The notes under the pieces are model-generated. The model had not been told where the DNA came from and ran no database searches. It saw only the letters and a list, made by a program, of their open reading frames with translations. The translations under genes were made by a program, and so were the position numbers. A stretch of 64,000 nt of DNA, taken from assembly GCA_965196605.1 (NCBI GenBank), contig CBDAKK010000008.1, positions 608,291 through 672,290 of the forward strand. Reading direction: 5' to 3'. This document shows positions 30,823-41,224 of this stretch, in pieces (positions within the stretch are counted from its first letter, which is position 1; every line of letters begins with the position of its first letter). This stretch comes from Spirochaetia bacterium (GTDB lineage Bacteria; Spirochaetota; Spirochaetia; WTKD01; G963693115).

Positions 30823-31988
30823 AAAAAACGCTTAGTACTGCATTGTTTTTTACGGCGCTCTCTTTTATTTTGGTAGTCCCCAAAATAAATGCCAGCCTTA
30901 ACAAAATTGAAATGCGCTGGATGAATATCCTTTTTATATTTGCTATTTCCCTTCTTGCTTCGGCCTTGTATTACTATTTGCTTCAGAAACGTCAAAAGGG
31001 CATGGAAAAATCTGGGAGAGTAATACAGCATGTTTTTCACGCTCGGTCGTTTCGTGTCTTTATAGCCCTGTTGTTTGTGCTTCTTTTGGTTATTCCCTTC
31101 ATCTTTGGTATTTACCACACCAAGGTTTTAACCTTGGTATTTATTTACATTATTTTTTCTTTAGGGCTTAATGTTATCGTAGGCCTTACGGGCATGCTCT
31201 GCTTGGGGCAGGCTTTTTTTCTTGGGGTTGGTGCCTATACCTATGCGCTCTTAAACACGTATTTAGGGGTAAATTTTTACGCGGGTCTTGTGGCTGGTGC
31301 GGCTTTTGGCGTTGTTGCAGGCATGGTCTTTGCTATTATAACGCTTCGTTTGCGGGGAGACTACTTGGCTATTGTTACGCTTGGTTTAAGCGAAATATTT
31401 CGCCTTGTTGTTACAAACATGGACTTTACGGGAGGTCCGCGTGGCATATCTGGTATAGCAAAGCCCGGTATTGTAGGGTTAGAACTCGACTTTTTTGCAC
31501 AGACTAAGCTGCTCTACTTCATATCACTCGCTTGCGTTGTTGTGGCTGTGTTTTTCATACGGAGGCTTGAGCATTCACGGTTTGGTCGTTCGTGGGAATC
31601 ATTTCGCGAAGATGAAATTGCAAGCGCATCTATGGGCGTCAATGTTACGTTTGTGCGCATCGGCGTTTTTGCTATCAATGGTTTTTTGGGCGGCATAGCA
31701 GGAGTGTTGTTTGCATCCAATACCTCCTTTATAGACCCCAATAGTTTTTCTATATTGGTTTCTGTTACCGCGCTATGCATCGTAGTCCTCGGTGGTTTAG
31801 GTTCTATTTCGGGGGTTGCGCTGGGCGCTGTTGTGCTTATTATGCTGCCAGAATATTTGCGTGTTTTTGCCCAGTACCGCATGTTGCTCTTGGGCGCTAT
31901 TTTGGTATTTATGATGCTTTTTAGACCGAGTGGGCTTATACCCAAGTCGAGGACAGAGTTTTTGCTTGAGAATAAACACAATGCTTGA
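30819..31988 (+). CDS. livM: Branched-chain amino acid ABC transporter permease
   Basis: LGLNVIVGLTGMLCLGQAFF motif. Overlaps the livH stop. Confidence 0.88.
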   Translation: MKKTLSTALFFTALSFILVVPKINASLNKIEMRWMNILFIFAISLLASALYYYLLQKRQKGMEKSGRVIQHVFHARSFRVFIALLFVLLLVIPFIFGIYHTKVLTLVFIYIIFSLGLNVIVGLTGMLCLGQAFFLGVGAYTYALLNTYLGVNFYAGLVAGAAFGVVAGMVFAIITLRLRGDYLAIVTLGLSEIFRLVVTNMDFTGGPRGISGIAKPGIVGLELDFFAQTKLLYFISLACVVVAVFFIRRLEHSRFGRSWESFREDEIASASMGVNVTFVRIGVFAINGFLGGIAGVLFASNTSFIDPNSFSILVSVTALCIVVLGGLGSISGVALGAVVLIMLPEYLRVFAQYRMLLLGAILVFMMLFRPSGLIPKSRTEFLLENKHNA

Positions 31989-32748
31989 AGTACGCGATAT
32001 CACTATAAAATTTGGCGGTCTTACCGCCCTCAATTCTGTTTCTCTTTCTGTGAAGAAAAATTCTGTTACTGGGCTTATTGGCCCTAATGGTGCAGGCAAG
32101 ACGACGTTTTTTAATTGCATAACAGGCATATATAAACCTACGGCAGGTCAGGCTACATTTATCGACAAAGCGGGCAAGGAACATGATGTCTTTGCCCGCG
32201 CTCATCACAGCATTGTGCGCTTGGGCATGGTGCGTACATTTCAAAATATTCGGCTCTTTTCAAAAATGTCCGTCTTAGAAAATGTACTTATAGGCGCGTA
32301 CACGGTGCAAGGCTATTCGTTTTTTCAGACCTTGCTTCATACCAAGAAGATGCGCGCTGTGGAGCAACAACTCATAGAGCATTGTCATGATGTGCTGAAG
32401 GACTTGAACCTTGATCATGTGGCAAACGAGATAGCAGAGTCTTTGCCCTATGGTTTGCAAAAACGACTTGAGATAGCGCGCGCTATTGCTTCTAAGCCAT
32501 CTCTTGTGTTACTCGATGAACCTGCCGCGGGCATGAATCCACAAGAGACCGAATCGCTCATGCACCTCATTCGTAGTTTACAAAAACGCTACGAGTTTAC
32601 CGTGTTTCTCATAGAACATGATATGCATTTTGTTATGAATCTTTGCGATATCATTTATGTGGTAGATTATGGGCGACTTATTGCGCAAGGCACGCCCGAA
32701 GAAGTAAGAAATAATCCACGTACCATAGAGGCTTATCTTGGAACATAA
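31981..32748 (+). CDS. livG: Branched-chain amino acid ABC transporter ATP-binding protein
   Basis: MLEVRDITIKFGGLTAL..., GPNGAGKTT, LPYGLQKRLEIARA, LVLLDEP. ATG at 31981 overlaps the livM stop. The ORF-track start at 31930 is an upstream extension. Confidence 0.9.
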   Translation: MLEVRDITIKFGGLTALNSVSLSVKKNSVTGLIGPNGAGKTTFFNCITGIYKPTAGQATFIDKAGKEHDVFARAHHSIVRLGMVRTFQNIRLFSKMSVLENVLIGAYTVQGYSFFQTLLHTKKMRAVEQQLIEHCHDVLKDLNLDHVANEIAESLPYGLQKRLEIARAIASKPSLVLLDEPAAGMNPQETESLMHLIRSLQKRYEFTVFLIEHDMHFVMNLCDIIYVVDYGRLIAQGTPEEVRNNPRTIEAYLGT

Positions 32749-33487
32749 CGTAGACACTCCCGTTTCTCACAATGCAATGCTGCGACTACGCAATGTAAGC
32801 GCCTCATATGGGGTAATACAGGCTATTAGTTCTGTAAATTTGTATGTGGATGTGGGTGAAATTGTTACTATTGTAGGAGCGAATGGCGCGGGGAAGTCGA
32901 CCATTCTCATGACGATATGCGGTATCGTCCGTGCTAAAGAAGGCGAAGTATATTTTTGTGAATCGAGAATAGATGGGGCTTCAGCTGAGAACATTGTCTC
33001 TCTCGGTATATCGCAGGTGCCAGAGGGACGCAAAATATTCCCCAAACTCACGGTGCAGGAAAATTTGGACTTAGGGGCATTTTTGCGCAAGGACTCACAT
33101 GAGGTAAAAAACGACCTCGATTATGCTTTTAAGCTTTTTCCTATCTTGAAGGAACGCAGGCATCAAGTTGCTGGAACACTTTCAGGAGGTGAGCAGCAAA
33201 TGTTGGCAATATCGCGTGCGCTTATGGCACGTCCGTGCCTGCTGTTATTGGATGAACCTTCGCTTGGACTTGCGCCGCTCATTATACAGCGCATTTTCCA
33301 AATATTGACCAAGCTTAACAGTGAACATAAAACGACCATTTTAATTGTGGAACAAAATGCGCGACAAGCTCTTAAAATTGCACACCGCGGCTATGTTATG
33401 GAAACGGGGAGAATAGTGCTCTCTGGTACTTCTAAAGAATTGTTGAATCACGACATGGTGCAAAAAGTCTACCTCGGGGTAAGCTAA
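32738..33487 (+). CDS. livF: Branched-chain amino acid ABC transporter ATP-binding protein
   Basis: GANGAGKST, LSGGEQQMLAISRAL, LLLLDEPSLGLAP. Confidence 0.9.
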   Translation: MEHNVDTPVSHNAMLRLRNVSASYGVIQAISSVNLYVDVGEIVTIVGANGAGKSTILMTICGIVRAKEGEVYFCESRIDGASAENIVSLGISQVPEGRKIFPKLTVQENLDLGAFLRKDSHEVKNDLDYAFKLFPILKERRHQVAGTLSGGEQQMLAISRALMARPCLLLLDEPSLGLAPLIIQRIFQILTKLNSEHKTTILIVEQNARQALKIAHRGYVMETGRIVLSGTSKELLNHDMVQKVYLGVS

Positions 33488-33574
33488 ATAATGCTACTCG
33501 CGTTCTTGTTTGCTTACAATACATTTGTTCATCTTTTTTGCATGTTACTTTGTAAAAGCACTACTATATAAAAT

Positions 33575-34681
33575 ATGTCCTTACACTGCGGTATTGTTGG
33601 ACTACCAAATGTTGGTAAGTCTACCATTTTTTCAGCTTTAACAGCCATGCAAGTCGATGCGCAAAATTACCCCTTTTGCACCATAGAGCCCAATAGTGGT
33701 TTAGTCGCCGTCTCAGATGAGCGGCTTGATAAAATTGCGGAAATATACAAGCCCAAAAAGGTCACGCCTGCGACCGTAGAATTTGTAGACATTGCGGGGC
33801 TTGTTGAAGGAGCATCGCGCGGTGAAGGGCTGGGAAACAAGTTTTTGTCGCATATCCGAGAAGCAAGTATTATTGCTCATGTCGTGCGTTGTTTTGATGA
33901 TGATGGTGTTGCGCATGTCAACGGCAGAGTCAACCCGATTTCGGATATATTGACTATTCAAACTGAATTAGCCCTTGCTGATGTTGCGGTGCTTGAGCGA
34001 TGTATGCAGGGAATTGCTAGGGAGAAAAAGGCACGTAAGCCCGATGTGGTGCGTATCGCTCCAGTCTTGGAACCCTTACTTGATAATTTGCATGCGACGC
34101 TTAATAAAGGTAATCTTGCAAGTACCGTTTTGCTGAGTGAGGAAGAGCGCGAAATGGTGAAGTTTATGAACCTCATAACGCTCAAACCTGCCATATATGT
34201 GTGCAATGTTAAAGAAGAACACGCGGCGTCTGGAAATGATTATGTACGAGTAGTTTCAGAACACGCAGCGCGTGAAAATAACGAATGCATTACACTATGC
34301 GGGGCACTTGAAGCCGAAATAGCAGGCTTAAGCGCCGAAGAGCGCAATGACTTTTTGCGTGAAGCAAACCTAGAGCGTTCGGGGCTTGATGCACTGATTC
34401 GCTGTGCATATCATACTATGAATTTGCGTACTTATTTTACCGCAGGCGAAAAGGAGGTTAAGGCTTGGACCTTTCGCGAAGGTACGGCTGCTCCTCAGGC
34501 TGCGGGTATAATACACAGTGACTTTGAGCGAGGCTTTATAAAAGCTGATGTGTTTGGTTGCGATGATCTGTTTTCCTTAGGTAGCGAAGCAGCCATACGC
34601 TCTGCGGGCAAGCTGCGTATGGAAGGCAAGGAGTATGTGGTGCAAGATGGGGACGTCATGCACTTTAAGTTCAACGTGTAG
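33575..34681 (+). CDS. ychF: Ribosome-binding ATPase YchF
   Basis: GIVGLPNVGKSTIFSALT, VDIAGLVEGAS, TGS-like C-terminus DGDVMHFKFNV. Confidence 0.93.
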   Translation: MSLHCGIVGLPNVGKSTIFSALTAMQVDAQNYPFCTIEPNSGLVAVSDERLDKIAEIYKPKKVTPATVEFVDIAGLVEGASRGEGLGNKFLSHIREASIIAHVVRCFDDDGVAHVNGRVNPISDILTIQTELALADVAVLERCMQGIAREKKARKPDVVRIAPVLEPLLDNLHATLNKGNLASTVLLSEEEREMVKFMNLITLKPAIYVCNVKEEHAASGNDYVRVVSEHAARENNECITLCGALEAEIAGLSAEERNDFLREANLERSGLDALIRCAYHTMNLRTYFTAGEKEVKAWTFREGTAAPQAAGIIHSDFERGFIKADVFGCDDLFSLGSEAAIRSAGKLRMEGKEYVVQDGDVMHFKFNV

Positions 34682-35047
34682 CACACACGTAAGAAACCAG
34701 TTGCTGTAACTCAAGAGCTTTCATGTTCTTGTTTTCTTGTTGTAAAACACCTTCCAATTCGTAAAAATACAATACCATAGCACAAATATTTTTGAAAAAT
34801 ATTATCTGTGATAGATGTCTCATGCTTATGTTCCAAGATAGGTATGAATTTTTAACAATTACATTAAATATTACATTTTACTAAAGTATTGTAATGTTAT
34901 TTTTACTATATTATTACTGAATAGTAAAGTATAATTTTTTTCTTAAAGCATTTTCTATGTAGAAAATATGTTTAGAAGTGTATTTTTTATGCGTTATAAC
35001 TATTAAATGAGAATTTGTGGTAAAAAATTTATATTTTGGAGAGATTT

Positions 35048-36085
35048 ATGAGTGATAAGCTTTTGGAATTATTTGGAATGCAAGAAAATCATAAAGTATC
35101 TTCAAATATTGCACAGGCGTGCTTGCATTATGATGATATTTATAAAAAAGTACGTGATATGTTTATTAAATCTGCAAAACACAACGTATCATATAATTCA
35201 ATAAAAAACTTTATATCTACGGTTATGTATCCTAAAATACGGGAATGTGTGTTTCCTTACATTGCTGATCTTATAGGAATATCTTATTCCGATAGCAAAG
35301 TAGTTCAAATAGCTTGTAAAAGGGTTTTTTTTACTATGGCTTTTATGGAACAAGAGAGTTTTAAGACTACGTTTTTTCAAAGTGTAGATAGACGTATTGA
35401 TGTAGCAGCGTGTCAATTTACAGCACACCTTGGGCATGTAATTGCGGATCGCCGCCTATATAAAGATATAGAAAGCAAAACAGAAAATGCGATTATAAAT
35501 TATACAGTTTCTATGTTGAAAAAGAGAAACTTTCCAGATTATGTAATAGACATAGTAGCCAATCAATCTACAGAACTCCAGTCCAATGCAGAAATAGGAA
35601 AAGGTCTTTATGATAATAGTAAAAAGCTACTTATCGATAATTCTATAAGTAGTTTTGAGAGAACGTATAAAAATGCAAATCAAGATTTGATGATAAGCAA
35701 TGGTCTTCGAATTGTGCATGATTATGTAGAAGTTATTTCTAATAATAATACTCCATTTGAGGCATTAAAAGAAATTATAAACAATAGCCAAAAATTTTAT
35801 CCTGAAACTCGAAAAATTTTTTTCAATTTTCTTGGCGCTATCCCTATTGGTTCCTACGTCAAGCTTCGCAATGAATGCTATGGAATTGTATATGATATAC
35901 CTTACAGAGATCCTAAAAATCCTCCTGTATATCTTATACAAGATGAAAACGAAGAAGCTCCTGAAATGCTTGTTAAAATAGATACGAATGTTCGTCCAGA
36001 AAGTAATGTTGTCGGAATTGTATCTTATGACTCAACTATAAAAATGAAAAAAAAATACCTTGAAATATTAAAAAGATACCTTTGA
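35048..36085 (+). CDS. Hypothetical protein in an AT-rich island
   Basis: ORF 35036..36085. ATG at 35048 after GGAG. No catalytic motif recognised. The C-terminal PIGSYVKLRNECYGIVYDI segment weakly recalls tails of HD-type signalling proteins. Confidence 0.55.
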   Translation: MSDKLLELFGMQENHKVSSNIAQACLHYDDIYKKVRDMFIKSAKHNVSYNSIKNFISTVMYPKIRECVFPYIADLIGISYSDSKVVQIACKRVFFTMAFMEQESFKTTFFQSVDRRIDVAACQFTAHLGHVIADRRLYKDIESKTENAIINYTVSMLKKRNFPDYVIDIVANQSTELQSNAEIGKGLYDNSKKLLIDNSISSFERTYKNANQDLMISNGLRIVHDYVEVISNNNTPFEALKEIINNSQKFYPETRKIFFNFLGAIPIGSYVKLRNECYGIVYDIPYRDPKNPPVYLIQDENEEAPEMLVKIDTNVRPESNVVGIVSYDSTIKMKKKYLEILKRYL

Positions 36086-36311
36086 GAGTACATGTAAGGG
36101 CAGTACCCTTATGTGGAAAAAGAGTAGTTGGGAAGAGAATTGATGATGAAATCAAAGCTCAGTCGCCAAAGCCATACAGCTCTTGAGGTATGTCTATGTG
36201 GGCTTACAAAACATTGGTCACGAGAGCAGGTTACACCATTACGTGCGCGTAGTTATTTGTAAGCATGCATGGTATGCAAAAGTTTTTTACATCAATCATA
36301 CTAGTGAATAG

Positions 36312-36333
36312 CAATTACACAAGAATGTAATTG
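36312..36333 (+). promoter_or_regulatory. Perfect inverted repeat CAATTACA-N6-TGTAATTG upstream of lctP (possible operator)
   Basis: 8-bp arms at 36312-19 and 36326-33, about 55 nt upstream of the lctP ATG. Confidence 0.4.
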
Positions 36334-36388
36334 TAAAATCTATTATTTGGTATGTTTTTCAAGATATTTTTTCCAAAATAGGGGTAAT

Positions 36389-38038
36389 ATGTATACAGTA
36401 CTCGCCTTAGTCCCCATAGCGTATATTCTCATAGCTATGATTTTTTATTCACGATCATCGCGTCAGGTAATGCCCATTGCCTTAATTCTGACTGCGCTTA
36501 TTGCGCTTGTCTTTTGGAAAGCTCCGATTTTTACAGTTATTGCATACGGCGTCTTTGGCGCTCTCAAGGCCATTGACATTATCGTGATTATTTTTGGTGC
36601 CATCCTTATTTTCAATACACTCAAAGAATCTGGTGCTATGCGTTCTATTGAGAGCAGTTTTAAAAACATAAGTTCAGACAAAAGAGTGCATATTTTGATT
36701 GCAGGGTATTTGTTTGTTCAGCTCATAGAAGGTGCTGCAGGTTTTGGTACGCCCGCTGCAATTGCAGCCCCCATGCTCATTGGCCTCGGCGTACCGCCAC
36801 TTGCTGCGGTAAGCGTAGCACTCATTGCGGACTCCACCGCCGTCTCTTTTGGCGCCGTAGGCACGCCCATTAATGGCATGGTCTCCGTGCTTACAGGAGT
36901 TGCGTCCTTTGACCTTTCCGCGCTCACGTCCTTGACCGCCGTTTTGCATTTTGTGGGAGGCTTGTTTATACCGCTACTTTCCATTGCTGTGGTTGTATTT
37001 GTATTTGGTGGCACAAACAAGTCGTGGCAGGCGGTCTTTGAAATGGTGCCATTTTCCCTCTATGTCGCATTGAGCTATCTTATTCCCTACCTCCTGCTTG
37101 CCATATACCTTGGTCATGAAGTACCCTCGCTGGTAGCTTACGCATTTTCTTTGGTGCTGGTAATTACTACAACCAAAATGGGCTTTCTCGTTCCCAAAAA
37201 CACATGGGACTTTCCTAGCGCTGAGAATGCTGATGATGGGAACAGCGCCAGTCAAGTATTGCTTACAACTACGGTACATGAAAATCGGGTAATGAGTACC
37301 TTACGTGCGTGGATGCCCTACGTGTTGATCATTGGCATGCTCATAATAACTCGCGTCCCCGCGCTGGGGCTTAAGCAGCTATTGGTGGCGCAAAAACTTT
37401 CCATTAACAACGTGTTAGGTGTGGAAGGACTTGATTATAATTTTTTGTAGGCCTATACTCCGGGCATTATTCCCTTTATGTTTGTTGCGCTCTTCTCGCA
37501 TGTTTTGTTGAAAATGAATTTTGCAAGTTCAGTAAAAACGTGGCGTGCAACCTTGAGCCAAGTCAAGGGCGCTGCCATAGCACTTATATGCGGGGTTGCC
37601 ATGGTACAGCTGATGCTTAAAACGGGCAACGCAAACTTAGGGCTAGAAAGCATGGTGAGAGAAATTGCAAGAGCCTTCCTTGGGTTACCACAAGTGCTCT
37701 ATGTTTTCTTGTCACCGTGGATAGGCGTGCTGGGCGCATTTATGGCGGGGTCAAACACAGTCTCAAACATATTGTTTTCACCGCTACAATATGAAGCCGC
37801 TATTTTATACGGGTTAAAACCTGAGCTTATTCTCGCGCTGCAAAATGTTGGCGGTGCAGTTGGTAATATGATTTGTATAAGTAACGTTGTAGCCGCGCTA
37901 ACGGTTACGGGGCTTGTTGGAAATAAAGGCTTGAAAGGCCGCGGAATGGAAGGTGCTATAATAAAGATAAATTTCGTCCCTGTGATTTTTTATTGCACGG
38001 TCGTTTCCTTAGCAACGTTCTTTTTAATAGCAATGTGA
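36389..38038 (+). pseudogene. lctP: L-lactate permease (LctP family) interrupted by one in-frame TAG at 37448-37450
   Basis: ORFs 36347..37450 and 37478..38038 share a frame. Together they are about 550 aa, a full-length multi-TM LctP-like protein. Reading continues ...LDYNFL*AYTPGIIPF... Confidence 0.7.
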
Positions 38039-38048
38039 GAATTACACC

Positions 38049-39485
38049 ATGAAGCACAGCCTTAAGCCCGCGCAATTTGTTGCGTGTGACAAAGAGTTTA
38101 AACAAAAAATAATAGGACTTGTGGGAGCGCGAAACGCGAGCGACGACAGGGCTAAGTGTCTTGCATATTCCCAAGATAAAACCGAAGACTTGCATTTTCC
38201 TCCGGACTTTGTAGTAACCCCTAATTCTGCTGTACAGATAAGCCAGATTATGAAATGGGCAAATGAATATGCGGTGCCCGTTACTGTGCGCGGGCGAGGT
38301 ACGGGGCTTGCGGGCGCGGCACTTGCCTTGCATGGTGGCATATGCCTGTCCATGGAAAAGTTTGACAGAATTCTCCAAATAGATGTGCAGAACATGCAGG
38401 CAGTGGTGGAGCCATACATACGCAATTACGACTTGCAAGAAAAAGCGCAAGAAGCACAGCTGTTCTACCCACCCGACCCCGCGAGTTATAAAATATGTTC
38501 CTTAGGCGGAAACATTGCCCACAATGCGGGTGGCCCTAAGGCGCTTAAGTACGGTTCAACGCGTGGCTACGTCTTGGAGTTGGACCTCGTCATGCCCAAC
38601 GGCGACATCATCACATCGGGCTCACGTGCGCTTAAAAACAGTACGGGCTACAGCATAAAAGACGTGGTCATAGGCAGTGAAGGCACTTTAGCCATTGTTA
38701 CCAAGGCGGTGCTACGCCTCATTGCCATGCCGCGTTATGAAAAACTGATGTACGCCACGTTTAGCAGCGTGAAGAGTGCCGTTGAGGCGGTGCATGCCAT
38801 TTTGATGGCGGGGCTCATGCCTAGTGGGCTTGAACTTATGGAGAGAACCGCGCTTACTTATGCAAAGTTGTATTGCAAAAGTAATTACCCGCCCATAAGA
38901 GAGGACACGCAAGCGCACTTGCTCATTGAACTTGATGGTAGCAACGAAGCACAAATTGATGCGGATAGGCACAAAATAACTGCGTTGCTACAAGCACAAG
39001 GGGGCATGCAGTCCATGTTTATGGCGCAGGACGAGAGCGAAAAAAAAGACATGTGGAAACTTCGGCGCAATGTCTACTTGGGCATAAAGGCGCAAGGCGT
39101 TATTAAGGAAATGGACATTTCCGTACCCATTGGCGCTTTGCCACGCGTCATGGATTACATGCAGCGTGTTGGCGAAAACCACGGGTTTAGGTGTGCCTCA
39201 TATGGCCATGCGGGGGACGGAAACTTGCATGTAGGCATTGTGCCTCAAGAAGGGCGTGATGCTGCGCAGGACATACAAAAAACCGAGGAGGGCATTTACA
39301 AAATTTTTGCCTACGTCTGCCAAGAATGCCACGGCACTATTTCTGGTGAACACGGCATAGGGCTGGTACAACAACCCTTTATAAACTTGCCTTGTTCTGA
39401 AGAAGAACTCGCAGTCATGCGCAGCATCAAAAAGGCATTCGATCCCAACAACATCCTCAATCCGGGAAAAATATTTCCGTTGTGA
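38049..39485 (+). CDS. FAD-linked oxidase, GlcD / D-lactate dehydrogenase family
   Basis: FAD-binding PCMH-type N-domain (VTVRGRGTGLAG), C-terminal GTISGEHGIG and FDPNNILNPGK motifs. Confidence 0.88.
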   Translation: MKHSLKPAQFVACDKEFKQKIIGLVGARNASDDRAKCLAYSQDKTEDLHFPPDFVVTPNSAVQISQIMKWANEYAVPVTVRGRGTGLAGAALALHGGICLSMEKFDRILQIDVQNMQAVVEPYIRNYDLQEKAQEAQLFYPPDPASYKICSLGGNIAHNAGGPKALKYGSTRGYVLELDLVMPNGDIITSGSRALKNSTGYSIKDVVIGSEGTLAIVTKAVLRLIAMPRYEKLMYATFSSVKSAVEAVHAILMAGLMPSGLELMERTALTYAKLYCKSNYPPIREDTQAHLLIELDGSNEAQIDADRHKITALLQAQGGMQSMFMAQDESEKKDMWKLRRNVYLGIKAQGVIKEMDISVPIGALPRVMDYMQRVGENHGFRCASYGHAGDGNLHVGIVPQEGRDAAQDIQKTEEGIYKIFAYVCQECHGTISGEHGIGLVQQPFINLPCSEEELAVMRSIKKAFDPNNILNPGKIFPL

Positions 39486-39589
39486 GAAATTACTCATACA
39501 TGGTTACACAGACATTAATTGCGTGAAGGACGCGACATGCACGCAAGGCACTATATGCGTATTTACTACAATGCAAAAAGAGGTGTTTT

Positions 39590-41212
39590 ATGAAAAAAGT
39601 ATTTGGTGTGTTGCAGCAGATTGGGAAAGCCTTTATGTTGCCTATTGCGGTTTTACCCATTGCCGGTGTCCTGCTTGGAATTGGAGGGGCTTTTACAAAC
39701 CCTACGCTTATTGAAACCTATGGCTTGACCTTTTTAGAGTCGGGTACTTTTGCAAATAAGGTGCTGATTGTTTTTTTTCGCGCTGGGCTTTTGGTGTTTG
39801 CAAACCTGCCGCTTTTGTTTGCCGTTGGTGTTGCCATAGGGCTTGCGCGCAAAAATAAAGAGACCGCGGCGCTCGCGTCGGTTTTGGGCTTTTTGCTTTT
39901 GCACACCATTGTGGGTGTGGTGTTGCAGTTTCAAGGCTTTACTCCAGAGAGCACCACGCTTGATGCGCTTATTCAAGCGGGCTACAGCAGAGCAGACGCT
40001 ACAGGACTTGCGGCAATGTACACAAAGGAACTCGGTATTTTCACGCTACAGTTGGGCGTCTTCGGCGGCATTATTGTAGGCATGCTTTCGGCGTTTATTA
40101 CCAACAGGTTTTCCACGCAAAAGCTCCCCGAATATTTGGCATTTTTTAGTGGCACGCGCTTTGTCCCGCTTGTTACCATGGCGCTCTTTATGCCCTTGGG
40201 TGCACTGCTCCCCTTTGTGTGGCCTTTTGTTTTTAAGGGCATTGTAACAGCTGGTACGTGGTTTTCTGCCATGGGGTATATTGGCACATTTTTCTACGGC
40301 AGCTTTATGCGCATGCTCAACATTTTTGGTTTGCACCACGCCATTTACCCCCTGTTTTGGTACACGGAGCTGGGTGGCACTTTGGAGGTTGCGGGTGAAA
40401 TGATTTCCGGAGGGCAGAGAATATTTTTTGCACAACTTGCGGATCCCAGCGTGCAGCATTTTAGTGCAGAGGCAACGCGAACCATGACGGGCGGGTTTTT
40501 GCCCATGATGTTTGGCTTACCCGCGGCGGCGATTGCCATGTACAAGGTGGCGGACCTAGGGCAAAAGCCGCTTGTCAAAGGCATACTGCTTTCCGCGGCG
40601 CTCACGTCTTTTTTAACGGGCATAACCGAGCCCATTGAGTTTACATTTTTGTTTGTTGCGCCGCCGCTCTACCTCATTCACGCCGTGCTTGAGGGGCTTT
40701 CATACATGCTTATGCACATGCTCAATGTTGCAGTTGGAATAACCTTTTCACGGGGCATCATTGACTTTACATTTTTTGCGCTGCTCCAAGGCATGGCTAA
40801 AACCTCGTATCATTGGATACTCATTCTAGGCCCCGTGTATGCTGTGGCCTACTACTACATTTTTAAGTTTTCCATTCTCACCTTTAATTACGCGACGCCC
40901 GGGCGGCTTGGCGCAGAGGCGCGGCTTTATAGGCGCGTTGATTATGACGCAAAGCGCAGTGGTGCTGAAACGCACGGCTTGGTTGAAAAAATTGTTGAGG
41001 CGCTGGGGGGCGCGGCTAACATTAGCGCTATTGATGCATGCATAACGCGCTTGCGGGTTACTGTTGAAAATACCGAGCTTGTTGTGGATGATGAGGCGTG
41101 GAAAGGCTTGGGCGCGCAAGGTGTTATTAAAAGTGGAAACGGCATTCAAATAATTTACGGCACCAAGGCTGAAGAGTACAAAAATGCGATACGAGAAAGA
41201 TACAAACTTTAG
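39590..41212 (+). CDS. PTS EIICB component, glucose/N-acetylhexosamine family
   Basis: N-terminus LQQIGKAFMLPIAVLPIAG, GITEPIEF in EIIC, C-terminal EIIB with ISAIDACITRLRV (active Cys). Confidence 0.88.
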   Translation: MKKVFGVLQQIGKAFMLPIAVLPIAGVLLGIGGAFTNPTLIETYGLTFLESGTFANKVLIVFFRAGLLVFANLPLLFAVGVAIGLARKNKETAALASVLGFLLLHTIVGVVLQFQGFTPESTTLDALIQAGYSRADATGLAAMYTKELGIFTLQLGVFGGIIVGMLSAFITNRFSTQKLPEYLAFFSGTRFVPLVTMALFMPLGALLPFVWPFVFKGIVTAGTWFSAMGYIGTFFYGSFMRMLNIFGLHHAIYPLFWYTELGGTLEVAGEMISGGQRIFFAQLADPSVQHFSAEATRTMTGGFLPMMFGLPAAAIAMYKVADLGQKPLVKGILLSAALTSFLTGITEPIEFTFLFVAPPLYLIHAVLEGLSYMLMHMLNVAVGITFSRGIIDFTFFALLQGMAKTSYHWILILGPVYAVAYYYIFKFSILTFNYATPGRLGAEARLYRRVDYDAKRSGAETHGLVEKIVEALGGAANISAIDACITRLRVTVENTELVVDDEAWKGLGAQGVIKSGNGIQIIYGTKAEEYKNAIRERYKL

Positions 41213-41224
41213 GAGTGAAAGCTT

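Noticed and set aside
31930-31980. ORF-track start of livG at 31930
   Set aside because: The upstream 17 codons overlap the livM 3' end and do not resemble LivG. The ATG at 31981 gives the canonical MLEVRDI... N-terminus with ATGCTTGA-type start/stop coupling.
37448-37450. TAG in lctP decoded as pyrrolysine
   Set aside because: No pyl genes or PYLIS-like context are visible, and the trait is not known in this kind of organism. A nonsense mutation or sequencing error is far more likely.
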